A stretch of 64,000 bases of DNA from Promethearchaeota archaeon (GCA_014728035.1 WJMJ01000123.1:32001-96000), one strand, 5' to 3'; shown: positions 9,342-19,608, numbered from the stretch's first letter. Numbers and translations: made by a program. The notes: generated from the sequence alone by a model not told the origin.

Positions 9342-10586
9342 TTAGGCTTCATCATCTACTTCGATAGGTGATATGGAGTCAGTATGTCCATGTGCTTCTG
9401 GTAGGAAATAGGTGCCAATGCATGCTATGGAAATGAAGATTACCACTAGGATTCCTAGTCCCACAATCAATCCCCATGTATCATAGAAGAACTGTCCTGC
9501 TAATGGACCTATTATCATTCCTGAACCAAAGAAGATGCTGTAGACTCCCATTGTACTTCCTCGTGCATCAGCCTCGGAAATATCAGTTAGATACGCCATT
9601 GCAGCTGGAGGAAAGCCTCCCGCAACAAATCCAAGTACAGGTAGAAGTGGCCAGACACTCCACAACTGTTCAAAATGTTCTGCATTTGCAACTAGAAGGA
9701 AAGCCAATACCCCTAATGCAATCAGTCCAGAAACAATGAATGGACGCCGTTTTCTCAAGTGGTCTGAGAGGTGTCCCATGATGATAATACCAAGAACCAG
9801 TGAACCTCCAAGCATTGCGAAGAGTATCAGTATATCGGTTGCCTCAAGACTGAAATGGGTTTCAAGAATGTGTTCAGCTTTAGAAATCACGAGCCCATAA
9901 AGTGAGATGATTGGGACATAAACAGGAATCATTTTTTGAATTCTTTTGTCTTTTGCAACTTTGCTAAGTAATTCAATTATACTGGCTTCCTGTGTTGTTT
10001 CACATCTAGTCTCCTTGATGACAAGATATGCTATAACTCCAGCAATGGCACAAGCAATAGAAGCAGCGATGAGAATAAGATTCACATTGAATCCAAACTG
10101 AATGAGAATCATTCCAAGTCCATATCCACCAGCAAGCCCCATCAAAGTTGATAGGTCATAATACCCCATCAATCTAGCTCTGTCGTCCTCTCCAGAACAG
10201 TCTGCTATTATTGAGAGTGTAGTTGTTACCTTCGATGCTGCACCAATTCCAAAAAGTGCTGCAAATACAAATGCTAGAATAGCAAGTGGAGATATTGCAA
10301 ATAGAAAAGCTGCAATTGCCGTGATGAATAGGCTTGCAACTAAGATTGGTTTTCTTCCTATTTTATCACTGTACGATCCGAAGAACGAAACTGTACTCAG
10401 TTCAGCCAATGGATAGATTGCTAATACCATTGAAGCTCCCCAACCTACAAGTTCGCCACCCATGTAGAAATTACTCTGAATGACTGCAATTGTAGCATAG
10501 AAAGCAGCTCGCATGACCAAAGTCACAAAATATAATGTAATCAAAGTCCATTTGTTTTCGGAAGCTCTCAAGCCCATTATTTTCAC
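9342..10586 (-). CDS. MFS transporter
   Basis: 12 TM; motif A GSYSDKIGRKP and GHLSDHLRKRRP. Confidence 0.92.
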   Translation of the reverse strand: MKIMGLRASENKWTLITLYFVTLVMRAAFYATIAVIQSNFYMGGELVGWGASMVLAIYPLAELSTVSFFGSYSDKIGRKPILVASLFITAIAAFLFAISPLAILAFVFAALFGIGAASKVTTTLSIIADCSGEDDRARLMGYYDLSTLMGLAGGYGLGMILIQFGFNVNLILIAASIACAIAGVIAYLVIKETRCETTQEASIIELLSKVAKDKRIQKMIPVYVPIISLYGLVISKAEHILETHFSLEATDILILFAMLGGSLVLGIIIMGHLSDHLRKRRPFIVSGLIALGVLAFLLVANAEHFEQLWSVWPLLPVLGFVAGGFPPAAMAYLTDISEADARGSTMGVYSIFFGSGMIIGPLAGQFFYDTWGLIVGLGILVVIFISIACIGTYFLPEAHGHTDSISPIEVDDEA

Positions 10587-10646
10587 CTTGATGTTAGCAC
10601 TGACCTTACATTACGCTTTATAAGGCTCTCCCCATACCTGTTAGGT

Positions 10647-10988
10647 ATGTCAGACGGAACAACTGAATTTGTCTATCTTCAGCTCTATAGATTACGAACT
10701 ATGACGGACGAAGAGAAACACCAGTGGTTCAAAGATTGGGCTGAGATAAGAAAGAACCTCCCTAAAGGAGTGAAGATAGTGACTGAGGCTGGCAATGCAT
10801 TCGGAACTCCCTTTACTGGATTCACGGTTTATGAAGGCCCACTAGAAAAATTTGAAGAGTTAACAGAAATACTTCAGAAAAAATCAGGTCACATCGTTGA
10901 ACGATCGATGACGATAATGGGAACGAAGGGATTCACTCTGCCAAGTGCTAGTATCGAGAAGATTCTTTCAACTCGGCCGATAGATTAG
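10647..10988 (+). CDS. Small dimeric alpha+beta barrel protein (darcynin/GYD/chlorite-dismutase-like); paralogue of 56485-56790
   Basis: Ferredoxin-like beta-alpha-beta-beta-alpha-beta pattern; AFGTPFTGFTVYE matches AWGTEWSGFLVVE in the paralogue. Confidence 0.55.
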   Translation: MSDGTTEFVYLQLYRLRTMTDEEKHQWFKDWAEIRKNLPKGVKIVTEAGNAFGTPFTGFTVYEGPLEKFEELTEILQKKSGHIVERSMTIMGTKGFTLPSASIEKILSTRPID

Positions 10989-11050
10989 ATTCTCGTTGCC
11001 GCAGTACCTCAGTTTTTTAACTATCTCTTTAAGGACCAGATACAGCAGAA

Positions 11051-12829
11051 TTGAGAGTGCCATTCATGACTGACGAGATTCCTAAAAAGACCGTTATTGT
11101 GCTGATAATCTCAGTTGTTGCTGGGTTGGTTTTGTATACCTATGCCCCTCCGTCAATTGAACCTGGTGCATATTCAGCAACACTTCACATCGAGTCAGAA
11201 GGGATTTCACTTCAGGATACATATTCTGTAGAATTTGCTGAAGGAATATCTTCAGAAGAACTCATGTTTTCATATAGTGGCACTTCTTCCAACATTACTA
11301 TAACGATAACTGAAAAGGTGAATATTGCTCCATCAAGTGAATTAGTAATTGTTGTTCATGTAATTGGTGATCCTCTTGACGCTGAGGACATTCATGTTAT
11401 CTTGGAAAATAATGATGGATTCTATCAAACTTTGCGACCCACAAAGCAAGATGGACAGACATTTACAATAGCATATCAGCCGCTTGTTAAATCGAATTAT
11501 GCAGTAATGATTCTTGGTGTAGTTGCCATTCTTTGGTTTTCAGAAGGAATAAGTTTGGTTGCAACATCAATACTGATACCAGTTATGATTGTGTTAGCAG
11601 ATATCAGAACACCGAAAGAAGCTCTTTTGCCCTTTTTTGATCCTGCTGTAGCACTGATTTTTGGTGGCTTTCTGATTGGTCGAGCTCTTACGAAATATGA
11701 ATTAGATAAGCGACTTGCTTTGCTAATTCTGTCAAGAAGTGCTGGGTCTGGATCATCCCTGCTTCTGACTGTAATGGGTGTTACTGCTTTTCTCTCAATG
11801 TGGATTAGTAATACAGCGTCGGCTGCAATAATGATCCCTATTGCGTTAGCAGTAATATCGAAGATTCGAAGTGATAATGTAAGAGACAAATATGGGAAGG
11901 CATTGGTACTTGGAGTTGCTTATTCTGCAACCTTGGGGGGTGTTGCCAGCTTGGTGGGATCGCCGCCGAACCCTCTAGCTGCCACTTACATCAAGTCATT
12001 TCTTGGTATTGAATTCTCATTCGTTAGCTGGATACCCTTTGGCTTACCAGTAGTTCTCATCATGCTACCAATTATCTGGAGATATATCATATTCCGTTTC
12101 AAACTACCAAAAGACATCGAGGAGATGCGTGAGCTCAAACATATTTCTCTAAACGAGTATCTGCGTCTTGGTCCAATGACTAACCAGCAAAAAATTGTTG
12201 TTCTGGTATTTTCAAGTGTAATTGTACTATGGCTTACAGAACAATTACCCGATGTCGTGTCCAACTTGATAGGATGGTCTGGGCATGGAATTTCAAGTTC
12301 CATTGTTGCATTACTGGGTGGATTATCTCTATTGGTTCTTAAGTTGCTTGATGAGAAAGACGTATCATCAGAAATCAGCTGGTCATCACTATTGATTCTA
12401 GGTTCAGGGATTGCTTTGGGTGGTGCAATGATTGATACAGGACTTTCAACATTTTTAGCTTTTCAGATGGGAGGCCTTGGAGTATTGCCATCTTTGGCGG
12501 TTGTTGTCATTATTGGGATAATTGCGGTACTGGTTACCATGGTAGCATCCAATACTGGAGCTGCTGTCATCTTGATTCCAATCGCAATACCTCTTGCCAC
12601 TGGACTTGGTATCGATCCATTGCTCATCACGATGGTTATAGCTATAGCTGTATCGATGGACTTCGCACTACCAACAGGAACTCCTCCCTCAACAATTGCC
12701 TATAGCACAGGAAAACTAGAAATTCGTGAAATGATATCTACTGGATTGGTAGTAGATTTGATTTCAGTACTAGTAGTTACAATAATTGCTGTGTGGTTGT
12801 GGTCACTCTTTGGACTTGTAGTCTTATAG
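11051..12829 (+). CDS. DASS/SLC13 sodium:dicarboxylate/sulfate symporter with an extra extracytoplasmic domain
   Basis: SMWISNTAS and VASNTG (SNT motifs), GSPPN, PTGTPPS. Real start may be ATG at 11066. Confidence 0.9.
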   Translation: MRVPFMTDEIPKKTVIVLIISVVAGLVLYTYAPPSIEPGAYSATLHIESEGISLQDTYSVEFAEGISSEELMFSYSGTSSNITITITEKVNIAPSSELVIVVHVIGDPLDAEDIHVILENNDGFYQTLRPTKQDGQTFTIAYQPLVKSNYAVMILGVVAILWFSEGISLVATSILIPVMIVLADIRTPKEALLPFFDPAVALIFGGFLIGRALTKYELDKRLALLILSRSAGSGSSLLLTVMGVTAFLSMWISNTASAAIMIPIALAVISKIRSDNVRDKYGKALVLGVAYSATLGGVASLVGSPPNPLAATYIKSFLGIEFSFVSWIPFGLPVVLIMLPIIWRYIIFRFKLPKDIEEMRELKHISLNEYLRLGPMTNQQKIVVLVFSSVIVLWLTEQLPDVVSNLIGWSGHGISSSIVALLGGLSLLVLKLLDEKDVSSEISWSSLLILGSGIALGGAMIDTGLSTFLAFQMGGLGVLPSLAVVVIIGIIAVLVTMVASNTGAAVILIPIAIPLATGLGIDPLLITMVIAIAVSMDFALPTGTPPSTIAYSTGKLEIREMISTGLVVDLISVLVVTIIAVWLWSLFGLVVL

Positions 12830-12860
12830 TGTTGATTCACGACAGCTTTAAATCAAATAG

Positions 12861-12880
12861 TAAACCGAGTTAGACCGAGT
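12861..12880 (+). promoter_or_regulatory. 10-bp tandem direct repeat downstream of a TATA-like TTTAAAT box
   Basis: TAAACCGAGT-TAGACCGAGT lies between TTTAAAT (12847-12853) and the ATG at 12890. Confidence 0.35.
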
Positions 12881-12889
12881 TGAATAGGC

Positions 12890-13651
12890 ATGAATTGGAT
12901 AGCAAAGATAATTCACGGAAAAGCTGATGAATTTGCTCACGCTAGATTAGTGAAGTTCGGAATGGGTCAACACATTGGTCCACGTGCAGAATTGAGAATC
13001 ACATCTTCCAGAATTACTTTCAAAGTAGATATGGACCTTGAAAAAGCAATGCTCGAGACCTATCTAAGAACTGGACCTGAAGGGTCACATAAAGTAAAGG
13101 GTAGTATTATCACATATGAAGATAGAAGAGAGGAGTTTGCTGCTCTGAACATGCCTCTTGAATTCAAGAAGAAAAAGAAGAAGGGTGGTGCTTTCACATT
13201 TCAAGCAAAATTCAATGAACAAGCACCAAAAGAGGATATTCATGCATTGCTCAAAATTGCTGACTCTGAGACCTTCTATCTTATGAATTTGAGTCCGAAG
13301 CCTGCGAAGCAGCCATGGAAGCTCACGACGAAATCTCGTCCACAAAAACCAATTGCTGAATTAGAAGATGCCAAAGCTCCTAACTTTTGCACTGGTGCAT
13401 TCGATAATACTGATGAAGTGAAGGAAACTCTTTTTGAGGAATTATTTCCTGATGCGAAGGATAAAGTCACAGAAGATGCAAAATCCATCAAGATTCTGAA
13501 TATGCTACATATTGAGGAAATTGAGATTCCCAAAGATCCGAATATGTCATTTAAAGAGAAACGAAAGCAAGCTAAGAAACGTGGAAAGTTAGTTAGAACT
13601 GTTGATATCGATGGGGAAGAGCATACTTTCGAATACGAGTTCTTTGTCTAA
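12890..13651 (+). CDS. Conserved archaeal hypothetical protein, Lys-rich, possibly nucleic-acid binding
   Basis: 253-aa ORF with KKKKKK and KEKRKQAKKRGK basic patches. Confidence 0.75.
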   Translation: MNWIAKIIHGKADEFAHARLVKFGMGQHIGPRAELRITSSRITFKVDMDLEKAMLETYLRTGPEGSHKVKGSIITYEDRREEFAALNMPLEFKKKKKKGGAFTFQAKFNEQAPKEDIHALLKIADSETFYLMNLSPKPAKQPWKLTTKSRPQKPIAELEDAKAPNFCTGAFDNTDEVKETLFEELFPDAKDKVTEDAKSIKILNMLHIEEIEIPKDPNMSFKEKRKQAKKRGKLVRTVDIDGEEHTFEYEFFV

Positions 13652-13730
13652 TGCAAAAGCTGAACGACCGTGATGTTTAAATTGACTAGTCATTGGGAGA
13701 ATTAACTACCGGACAAAAGAGGAATCATAA

Positions 13731-13934
13731 ATGCTTCAGATTATTGTTGAAACTCTGTATATCTACTTTGCAGCAGCCTTCATCCTATTTGGGATGATGG
13801 CCTTCGGATGGCTTATTATTCATGTTGAACACGGTCGTCATCTCTCTCTCCCAAGAGTAATAATGTCCGGTATCTTCGCAGCCATCTTCCTTGGTTTCGG
13901 TCTTCATTTCCTCCTCCTTTCATTCATATTGTAA
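13731..13934 (+). CDS. Small 2-TM membrane protein
   Basis: AGAGGA RBS; two hydrophobic helices flanking HVEHGRH. Confidence 0.7.
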   Translation: MLQIIVETLYIYFAAAFILFGMMAFGWLIIHVEHGRHLSLPRVIMSGIFAAIFLGFGLHFLLLSFIL

Positions 13935-14065
13935 TTTAGGATTCTCTCATTCTATCTATTATATGGATGATTTTTAGAAAGAGTACACACAATAAACATA
14001 TTTTATCATAATAGGATACTCAAGCATGACTCATACGAGTCAAATTCAGGATAGAGGAGTATCCA

Positions 14066-15253
14066 TTGCAAACTGATACAGACCTTGAGAAAATTGCAGT
14101 TTCGAGTAGAAAGCGACTCACTAGAGAATTTGCTGAAAAATACACGAATTTGCAGGAGCGTTCACGAAGAATTCCAATTTCTGATGTGAAACAGATAGCA
14201 GAAGATTTCTCATGTCCACTACAGATTGCAATGATTTCTTATTTGGTTAATCTTGATGGTATTATTTCACTTAAAGAGGCTATACTCTATCTGATGACTG
14301 AATTGAATCGACGAGCCTCTGTTGGTGTAGAGGTGCCCAACATTCCTGGGAATATCATGGAGTTCGCTTTGCTGGAGGGGCGCTGGCTCGTTTATGTTTA
14401 CGGAACTTTCATTCGTGATTTTGAGTTTAAGATGCGCGAATTAGCTAACCTTGAAGGGGCTATTGATGAGACCAATATATCCTTAGAAAAGGCAATACAT
14501 GTCAATGCATCTAGAACAAAACTAGCTGAAGGATATCTTGCTCCAGTTGTTGAGGCATGGATTAAAGACCATCCTAATTCCAATAGTGAAAATGCATTGA
14601 TGTTCTTGGGTCCTGCAATCACAAAATGGAAAATTGCCACACTAAAAGGACGCGTTCTTCACCTCCGTAGGCGTTGTCAAGCATTATTCAGGGTTCTAAG
14701 AAAAGCAATGGATGGACCATCAGAATCTGCAACTATTGATGTTTCATTGAAAAGAATCGACCAACTTATACAAGACTTGGATTCTGAATTGAATAGCATG
14801 CCCATTCGCGCTCTCTCTCATCTTCTTTTACATATTGCACCGAAGCCTACTGGACGAGGTGACAAGTCCTCATTTGTTGAAGTAGGTGCTGGATCGACAA
14901 GAGGTGGAAAAAGTGAGCCTGATATGGTATCGCCTTTTGACTTTCTAGAACGAGATGTGTATTTAGCAAAAAGGAGAACAAAGGAAGAACGGATGAATTA
15001 TCTCACAGAGAGAATTGACCGGGTTGTACGCGTTTTGCTATATCAGGGAACACCACTCATTAATTGTGTGATGATGTGTGTCAAAGAAATGAACGAACGA
15101 TTGAAAATAGCTAATCCGCCTCTTGAGGAATTGGAGGATAAGTTCGAACAAAAATTGAATGATTTACCATCCGATCAACGGAACGCATTAGCTGTAGAAC
15201 TAATTTATGATTATATCAATGAATATGTATACGAGGAAACGAAAGTTGATTGA
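14066..15253 (+). CDS. Hypothetical all-alpha protein
   Basis: 395-aa ORF, TTG start with GAGGAG RBS. Gly-rich segment TGRGDKS...STRGGKSEPD...SPFDFLERD. Confidence 0.8.
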   Translation: MQTDTDLEKIAVSSRKRLTREFAEKYTNLQERSRRIPISDVKQIAEDFSCPLQIAMISYLVNLDGIISLKEAILYLMTELNRRASVGVEVPNIPGNIMEFALLEGRWLVYVYGTFIRDFEFKMRELANLEGAIDETNISLEKAIHVNASRTKLAEGYLAPVVEAWIKDHPNSNSENALMFLGPAITKWKIATLKGRVLHLRRRCQALFRVLRKAMDGPSESATIDVSLKRIDQLIQDLDSELNSMPIRALSHLLLHIAPKPTGRGDKSSFVEVGAGSTRGGKSEPDMVSPFDFLERDVYLAKRRTKEERMNYLTERIDRVVRVLLYQGTPLINCVMMCVKEMNERLKIANPPLEELEDKFEQKLNDLPSDQRNALAVELIYDYINEYVYEETKVD

Positions 15254-16019
15254 TAGTGCTCCACTCTACTGGTTACTTGATGTTGAATCCTTTGATTATG
15301 ATGTTGGGATTTTTCGTGATGCTGATCTGTCTGGAAAAGCATTGATTATTTCCCGGCAGTTGTGGTCTCTTCTCAGAGGATCTACTGTGATTTCTGGTCT
15401 AATAGGTCCTGGAATCTTTAAGGGTGTGGCAGAAAGTGGTAATCGTCGAATGGACATCATGAAACCTATTTGTGCACTGCTGTTTGATCCTACCGAACTT
15501 AGAATGGACGAACCCGTACCAGCGGTCGATATCATCAATCCCGAGGTAATAGACCCTCTTGGATCTGTTGAAGAAGAAGAGATTGTTACAGTTTTACGAG
15601 AATTAGTTCTAGAGAAAGGTAACGTATTAGCCGAGAGCCCAGTTGCAAAGATCAAGGGTGACACATCAGTTCCTCGAACTATTCACTATAGAGAAATGGT
15701 AAAAAAGATCAGAGTATCTCATGTTTCTGGAGTTATGCGGGCTAAATTCATTCTTGGTGGTGCAAATGGACCAATGTACAAGAAACTAGTCACTACTTTT
15801 GAATCACGTGGATATATGAATCCAGAACGTCTTGAGGTAATGGCAACAAATGAACGTGTATTCAATAGATTCACAGATGAAGAAGCTATGGGTGAATGGA
15901 TGATTGTTGAACGGTCCGGTTTTGATACATCTGTCGGAATTGATGCTTTCCGTGCAGAATATGACGAAACTTTGAAAGTAATCAAGAAAAATGTTGATGA
16001 GTTCATCTATGAGATATGA
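15246..16019 (+). CDS. Hypothetical protein, possibly degenerate PIN-like fold
   Basis: TTG at 15246 overlaps the upstream stop; begins with beta-strand + Asp YWLLDVES. Confidence 0.7.
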   Translation: MIDSAPLYWLLDVESFDYDVGIFRDADLSGKALIISRQLWSLLRGSTVISGLIGPGIFKGVAESGNRRMDIMKPICALLFDPTELRMDEPVPAVDIINPEVIDPLGSVEEEEIVTVLRELVLEKGNVLAESPVAKIKGDTSVPRTIHYREMVKKIRVSHVSGVMRAKFILGGANGPMYKKLVTTFESRGYMNPERLEVMATNERVFNRFTDEEAMGEWMIVERSGFDTSVGIDAFRAEYDETLKVIKKNVDEFIYEI

Positions 16020-16035
16020 ATAGACCAAAAGAGTT

Positions 16036-18723
16036 TTGCAGAGTAATTTTCTCGCTTGCAAGAGGCCCATTACAGTGGAGGTTGCAGATGCTGATATTCA
16101 GAGGCGGCTTGCCAAACCATATTCTCTTGTACTACGTGATGCTAGGCAAGAAATGAGTGCAACTATCGAGCTCTTTTCTGATGTATTAAGAGACCGTCAG
16201 CGTCGCTATCTTGGTGGAATGATTGAATTTGGTAGAAAAGGAAATGGATTACTAGAAGTACGTCGAATGTGGTTTGTGAAATATAACAAACCAGTATATT
16301 TTCAGCCAAAGGAAGTCCATCAAATTCTTAGAAAAGCTAAACACATATTGGTGCCAAAGAAGCATAAACCTCCTTTCATGCGAGACCTACAGGATTTTCT
16401 AAAAAGAATGCAAGCACGAAAAGCTCGTGTAATCCCAGTTTGCGAAAGCTGTATTCGAAATGATCGTCTTACTATTCTCTCAAAAAGAAATGTTGTCAAA
16501 GTTTCTACAAATGAGGTTGCATGTCTTTCGTGTGCACGTTCGGATATGCATATAGACCTAAAATCAATAGGTGCTAAACTCTCAAAACCTATGCTAAGAT
16601 ATATGGACCATCAACTCTCTCGTGTCAAATCTGTTACAGAAGTTGTTGAATTACTAAAACCTGGCTTTGACCCAGTCTATAATTCTGAAATAACGATGTA
16701 TGATGAGTTACAAGCTGGCAAGCTTGTTGAAGGTCGTAGTATAGATGACCTTGATATTCCTGATAAGCTCAAAGACATTCTAAAAGAAGATGGATTGAAG
16801 CAACTCCTTCCTGTTCAGGAACTAGTAGTGGAAGCTGGATTATTGAAGGGAGAAGACCTGCTTATTGTATCATCCACTTCATCAGGAAAAACACTTCTTG
16901 GAGAGCTTGCAGGGATACCACAAGCACTTGAAGGTAAGAAGTTAATTTATCTTTCACCACTAGTTGCTCTTACCAATGAGAAATACAATGCATTTCGAAA
17001 ACGTTACAAAAAATTGGGGCTTCGCGTTGGTATCCGAGTAGGTATGTCTCGAATTGATATTGGAAAAGATGGAAAGGTAATAGTTGATACTGATGTTAGA
17101 AAAGCACAGGTTATTTGTGCAACTTATGAAGCTCTGGATCTTCTATTCCGATCTGGTGAAAATAAGCAGATTGGAGATATTGGTACCATCATTGTTGATG
17201 AAATCCAGAATCTAGCTGAAGAAGAACGAGGACCCGAATTAGATGGGTTGTTAGCTAGAATGCGGTTCCATTACCCGAAAGCACAAGTTCTTGCTCTTTC
17301 AGCTACAGTCGGGTCTCCAGAGCAATTAGCCAAGGAACTTAAACTCAAACTTGTTGAATATCATGGGAGACCTGTTCCCCTAGAACGACATCTAGTTTTC
17401 GCTCGAAATGATGAGGATAAGAGAAGAATCATTCGTCGTCTTGTGGATGCAGAGTTCAGAACTAAGAGTAGCTCAGGCAACAAAGGGCAATCAATTATTT
17501 TCACATTTTCTCGACGACGAGCTCATTCTATAAGCGATTGGTTACGTGAACATGGAATTCGTAGCGCTGTGTATCACGGTGGGCTGTCTTATAACAAGCG
17601 AAGAAGTGTAGAGTATTCATATGCAAAACAGAGGTATCCGTGTGTCGTCACAACTGCTGCATTGGGTGCAGGGGTTGACCTTCCTGCATCTCAGGTTATA
17701 TTCGAATCTCTGGCTATGGGTGCAGATTGGATTTCTACTGCTGAGTTTGAACAAATGCTTGGTAGAGCTGGTAGACTCGGTAAACACGATAGAGGACGTG
17801 TATACTTGATAGTACAGCCTGAACGGAAGTATCATGGAGGGCAAGATAAATACGAGGACGAGATAGCAACTGAACTCCTAGCTGGCGATATTGAGAATGT
17901 TGAACCATTTGCTGATACAGAACGATGTGCAGAACAGATACTTGCAACGATTTGTTCAACAGGATTGACTGAACTAAAATCAGTTGCCAGATTTTACAAG
18001 CAAATGCTATCAGCTACAGTTCCTCCTTCCGATGCACTCAAACATTTAGTTCGAACTCATATGATTCGAGTCAGAGAGGGTGGAGCTCATCCTACCGACC
18101 TTGGAAAAGCCACCTCTATTTCCTTCTTAACGCCATCAGAAGGATTTGATGTTGCAAAGCACGTCAAAACTATGGATACACTTGAAATCGCAATCAAGTT
18201 ATCTCCTTTTGAAAATGCATATCTTAGCAATAAATTACAGCAGGAGGTTAATGCAGCTTTTAAGACATATATGCCAACACGTCTTTTCTCTGGTGTTTTT
18301 TCTGATATTAGCAATGTAGGAACTCCTGGTACTGGTGCATCTCGATTGCCTCCTTGGGTCTTCAGTATATTTGGAAAATGGGCTCAGACATTCTTCAAAT
18401 GTGAATGCAAAATGTATCCCGATTGTGACCATGGGAAAATAGAATTTGGAAAGTGGGTAGTTGAAAGACGCAAGGAAGGTCTCAACCCAACTGGAATTGC
18501 AAGAGAATTACGAAAGGAATTTGAAATATGGGTTTATCCTGGAGATATATTCTCTTGGCTCGATTCCTTAATCCATCACCTGAAAGCGGTGCAACGTGTA
18601 GCAAAGGTTGCTGGTGAAACGGATATCAACGAAGAAATAGAAGAACAGATTGCTAGGATTGAGAAACCCAAACAAGAATCTGACAAAAAGCAAGAAACTG
18701 AACAGAAAGAAGAAACAGAGTGA
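16036..18723 (+). CDS. Archaea-specific superfamily II DEAD/DEAH helicase with DUF5814 C-terminus (COG1202-like)
   Basis: Q motif LLPVQ, TSSGKT, PLVAL, DEIQ, SAT, YHGG, QMLGRAGR; N-terminal CxxC...CxxC and C-terminal CECKMYPDCDH Cys cluster. Confidence 0.92.
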   Translation: MQSNFLACKRPITVEVADADIQRRLAKPYSLVLRDARQEMSATIELFSDVLRDRQRRYLGGMIEFGRKGNGLLEVRRMWFVKYNKPVYFQPKEVHQILRKAKHILVPKKHKPPFMRDLQDFLKRMQARKARVIPVCESCIRNDRLTILSKRNVVKVSTNEVACLSCARSDMHIDLKSIGAKLSKPMLRYMDHQLSRVKSVTEVVELLKPGFDPVYNSEITMYDELQAGKLVEGRSIDDLDIPDKLKDILKEDGLKQLLPVQELVVEAGLLKGEDLLIVSSTSSGKTLLGELAGIPQALEGKKLIYLSPLVALTNEKYNAFRKRYKKLGLRVGIRVGMSRIDIGKDGKVIVDTDVRKAQVICATYEALDLLFRSGENKQIGDIGTIIVDEIQNLAEEERGPELDGLLARMRFHYPKAQVLALSATVGSPEQLAKELKLKLVEYHGRPVPLERHLVFARNDEDKRRIIRRLVDAEFRTKSSSGNKGQSIIFTFSRRRAHSISDWLREHGIRSAVYHGGLSYNKRRSVEYSYAKQRYPCVVTTAALGAGVDLPASQVIFESLAMGADWISTAEFEQMLGRAGRLGKHDRGRVYLIVQPERKYHGGQDKYEDEIATELLAGDIENVEPFADTERCAEQILATICSTGLTELKSVARFYKQMLSATVPPSDALKHLVRTHMIRVREGGAHPTDLGKATSISFLTPSEGFDVAKHVKTMDTLEIAIKLSPFENAYLSNKLQQEVNAAFKTYMPTRLFSGVFSDISNVGTPGTGASRLPPWVFSIFGKWAQTFFKCECKMYPDCDHGKIEFGKWVVERRKEGLNPTGIARELRKEFEIWVYPGDIFSWLDSLIHHLKAVQRVAKVAGETDINEEIEEQIARIEKPKQESDKKQETEQKEETE

Positions 18724-18734
18724 TTTTTTTAAAA

Positions 18735-18995
18735 TCACTCCTCTGTTTCAAAACGAACACGAATATTATAGACCTGATCTGGAGTTAGTGCATCAAGATT
18801 CACATCTATCCAATTGTGAAGGTCTTGTCGAATCATCTCTTTTGTGGGTAAACCACTTGTCATTCCAATAGGTTCCTGTTCAACTAACTGAAAGCTTGTA
18901 CATCCACATGGACAAGCTCCATCAAGGACCATATCGATATCGGCAGAGGTATTACCACAATTTCTGCATTTGAATATCATTGTCAATCTCTCCAT
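18735..18995 (-). CDS. Zn-ribbon protein (DUF2072/COG3364-like)
   Basis: FKCRNCG...VLDGACPCGCTSFQL. Confidence 0.7.
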   Translation of the reverse strand: MERLTMIFKCRNCGNTSADIDMVLDGACPCGCTSFQLVEQEPIGMTSGLPTKEMIRQDLHNWIDVNLDALTPDQVYNIRVRFETEE

Positions 18996-19108
18996 TTTAG
19001 ATTGATACCAATCTAACTATGAGAGTTGGTACAGCTGAGGTAATACTCACTTCCACAGGGGACAGACTTATCTATCATATTACATGGCGATAAATTGGGG
19101 CAAGTTCT

Positions 19109-19366
19109 ATGGCTAAATCATGTCCTCTCTGTCGGGCCAAAACAAAAATCAGGTGTGATAAATGCAGGAACGAATTCTGTCACGATCATGCCATCAAATG
19201 TCCAAATTGTGGAACAATTACATGTATCAGAGACTTGGGGAAATCCATCAAATGTCCTCAATGTGAGGAGAAGTTGGATGTTTGTCCGGAATGTATGCTA
19301 GCTGGAAAACTTGTTCGTACCATAAAAGATGCTGATATATGTCCTGAATGTGGATGGAATGGCTAA
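19109..19366 (+). CDS. Small multi-zinc-finger protein
   Basis: 85 aa with six CxxC motifs plus CxxH. Confidence 0.75.
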   Translation: MAKSCPLCRAKTKIRCDKCRNEFCHDHAIKCPNCGTITCIRDLGKSIKCPQCEEKLDVCPECMLAGKLVRTIKDADICPECGWNG

Positions 19367-19608
19367 TAGAGAACCAGAATAATATAGGAAATAAATGCGA
19401 CAAATAGGATAGCCATTATTATTTTTCCTTTATCTCCAAAGCCCCATACAATAGGGATGGGACCTATTAGTATAATGCCTTTGTGATCAGTTCTCCCAGA
19501 ATCATGTTGTCCATTCTTATTGGATTGAATAATACCTAAAATAATCAAAATAATTCCAACGATAATTATCGCCATTGATAGTATTTGTAATGAAAAAATA
19601 CTCTGCAC
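19363..19608 (-). CDS. DUF131 (TIGR00304) membrane protein
   Basis: Signature GIILIGPIPIVWG between TM helices. Confidence 0.85.
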   Translation of the reverse strand: MQSIFSLQILSMAIIIVGIILIILGIIQSNKNGQHDSGRTDHKGIILIGPIPIVWGFGDKGKIIMAILFVAFISYIILVLY

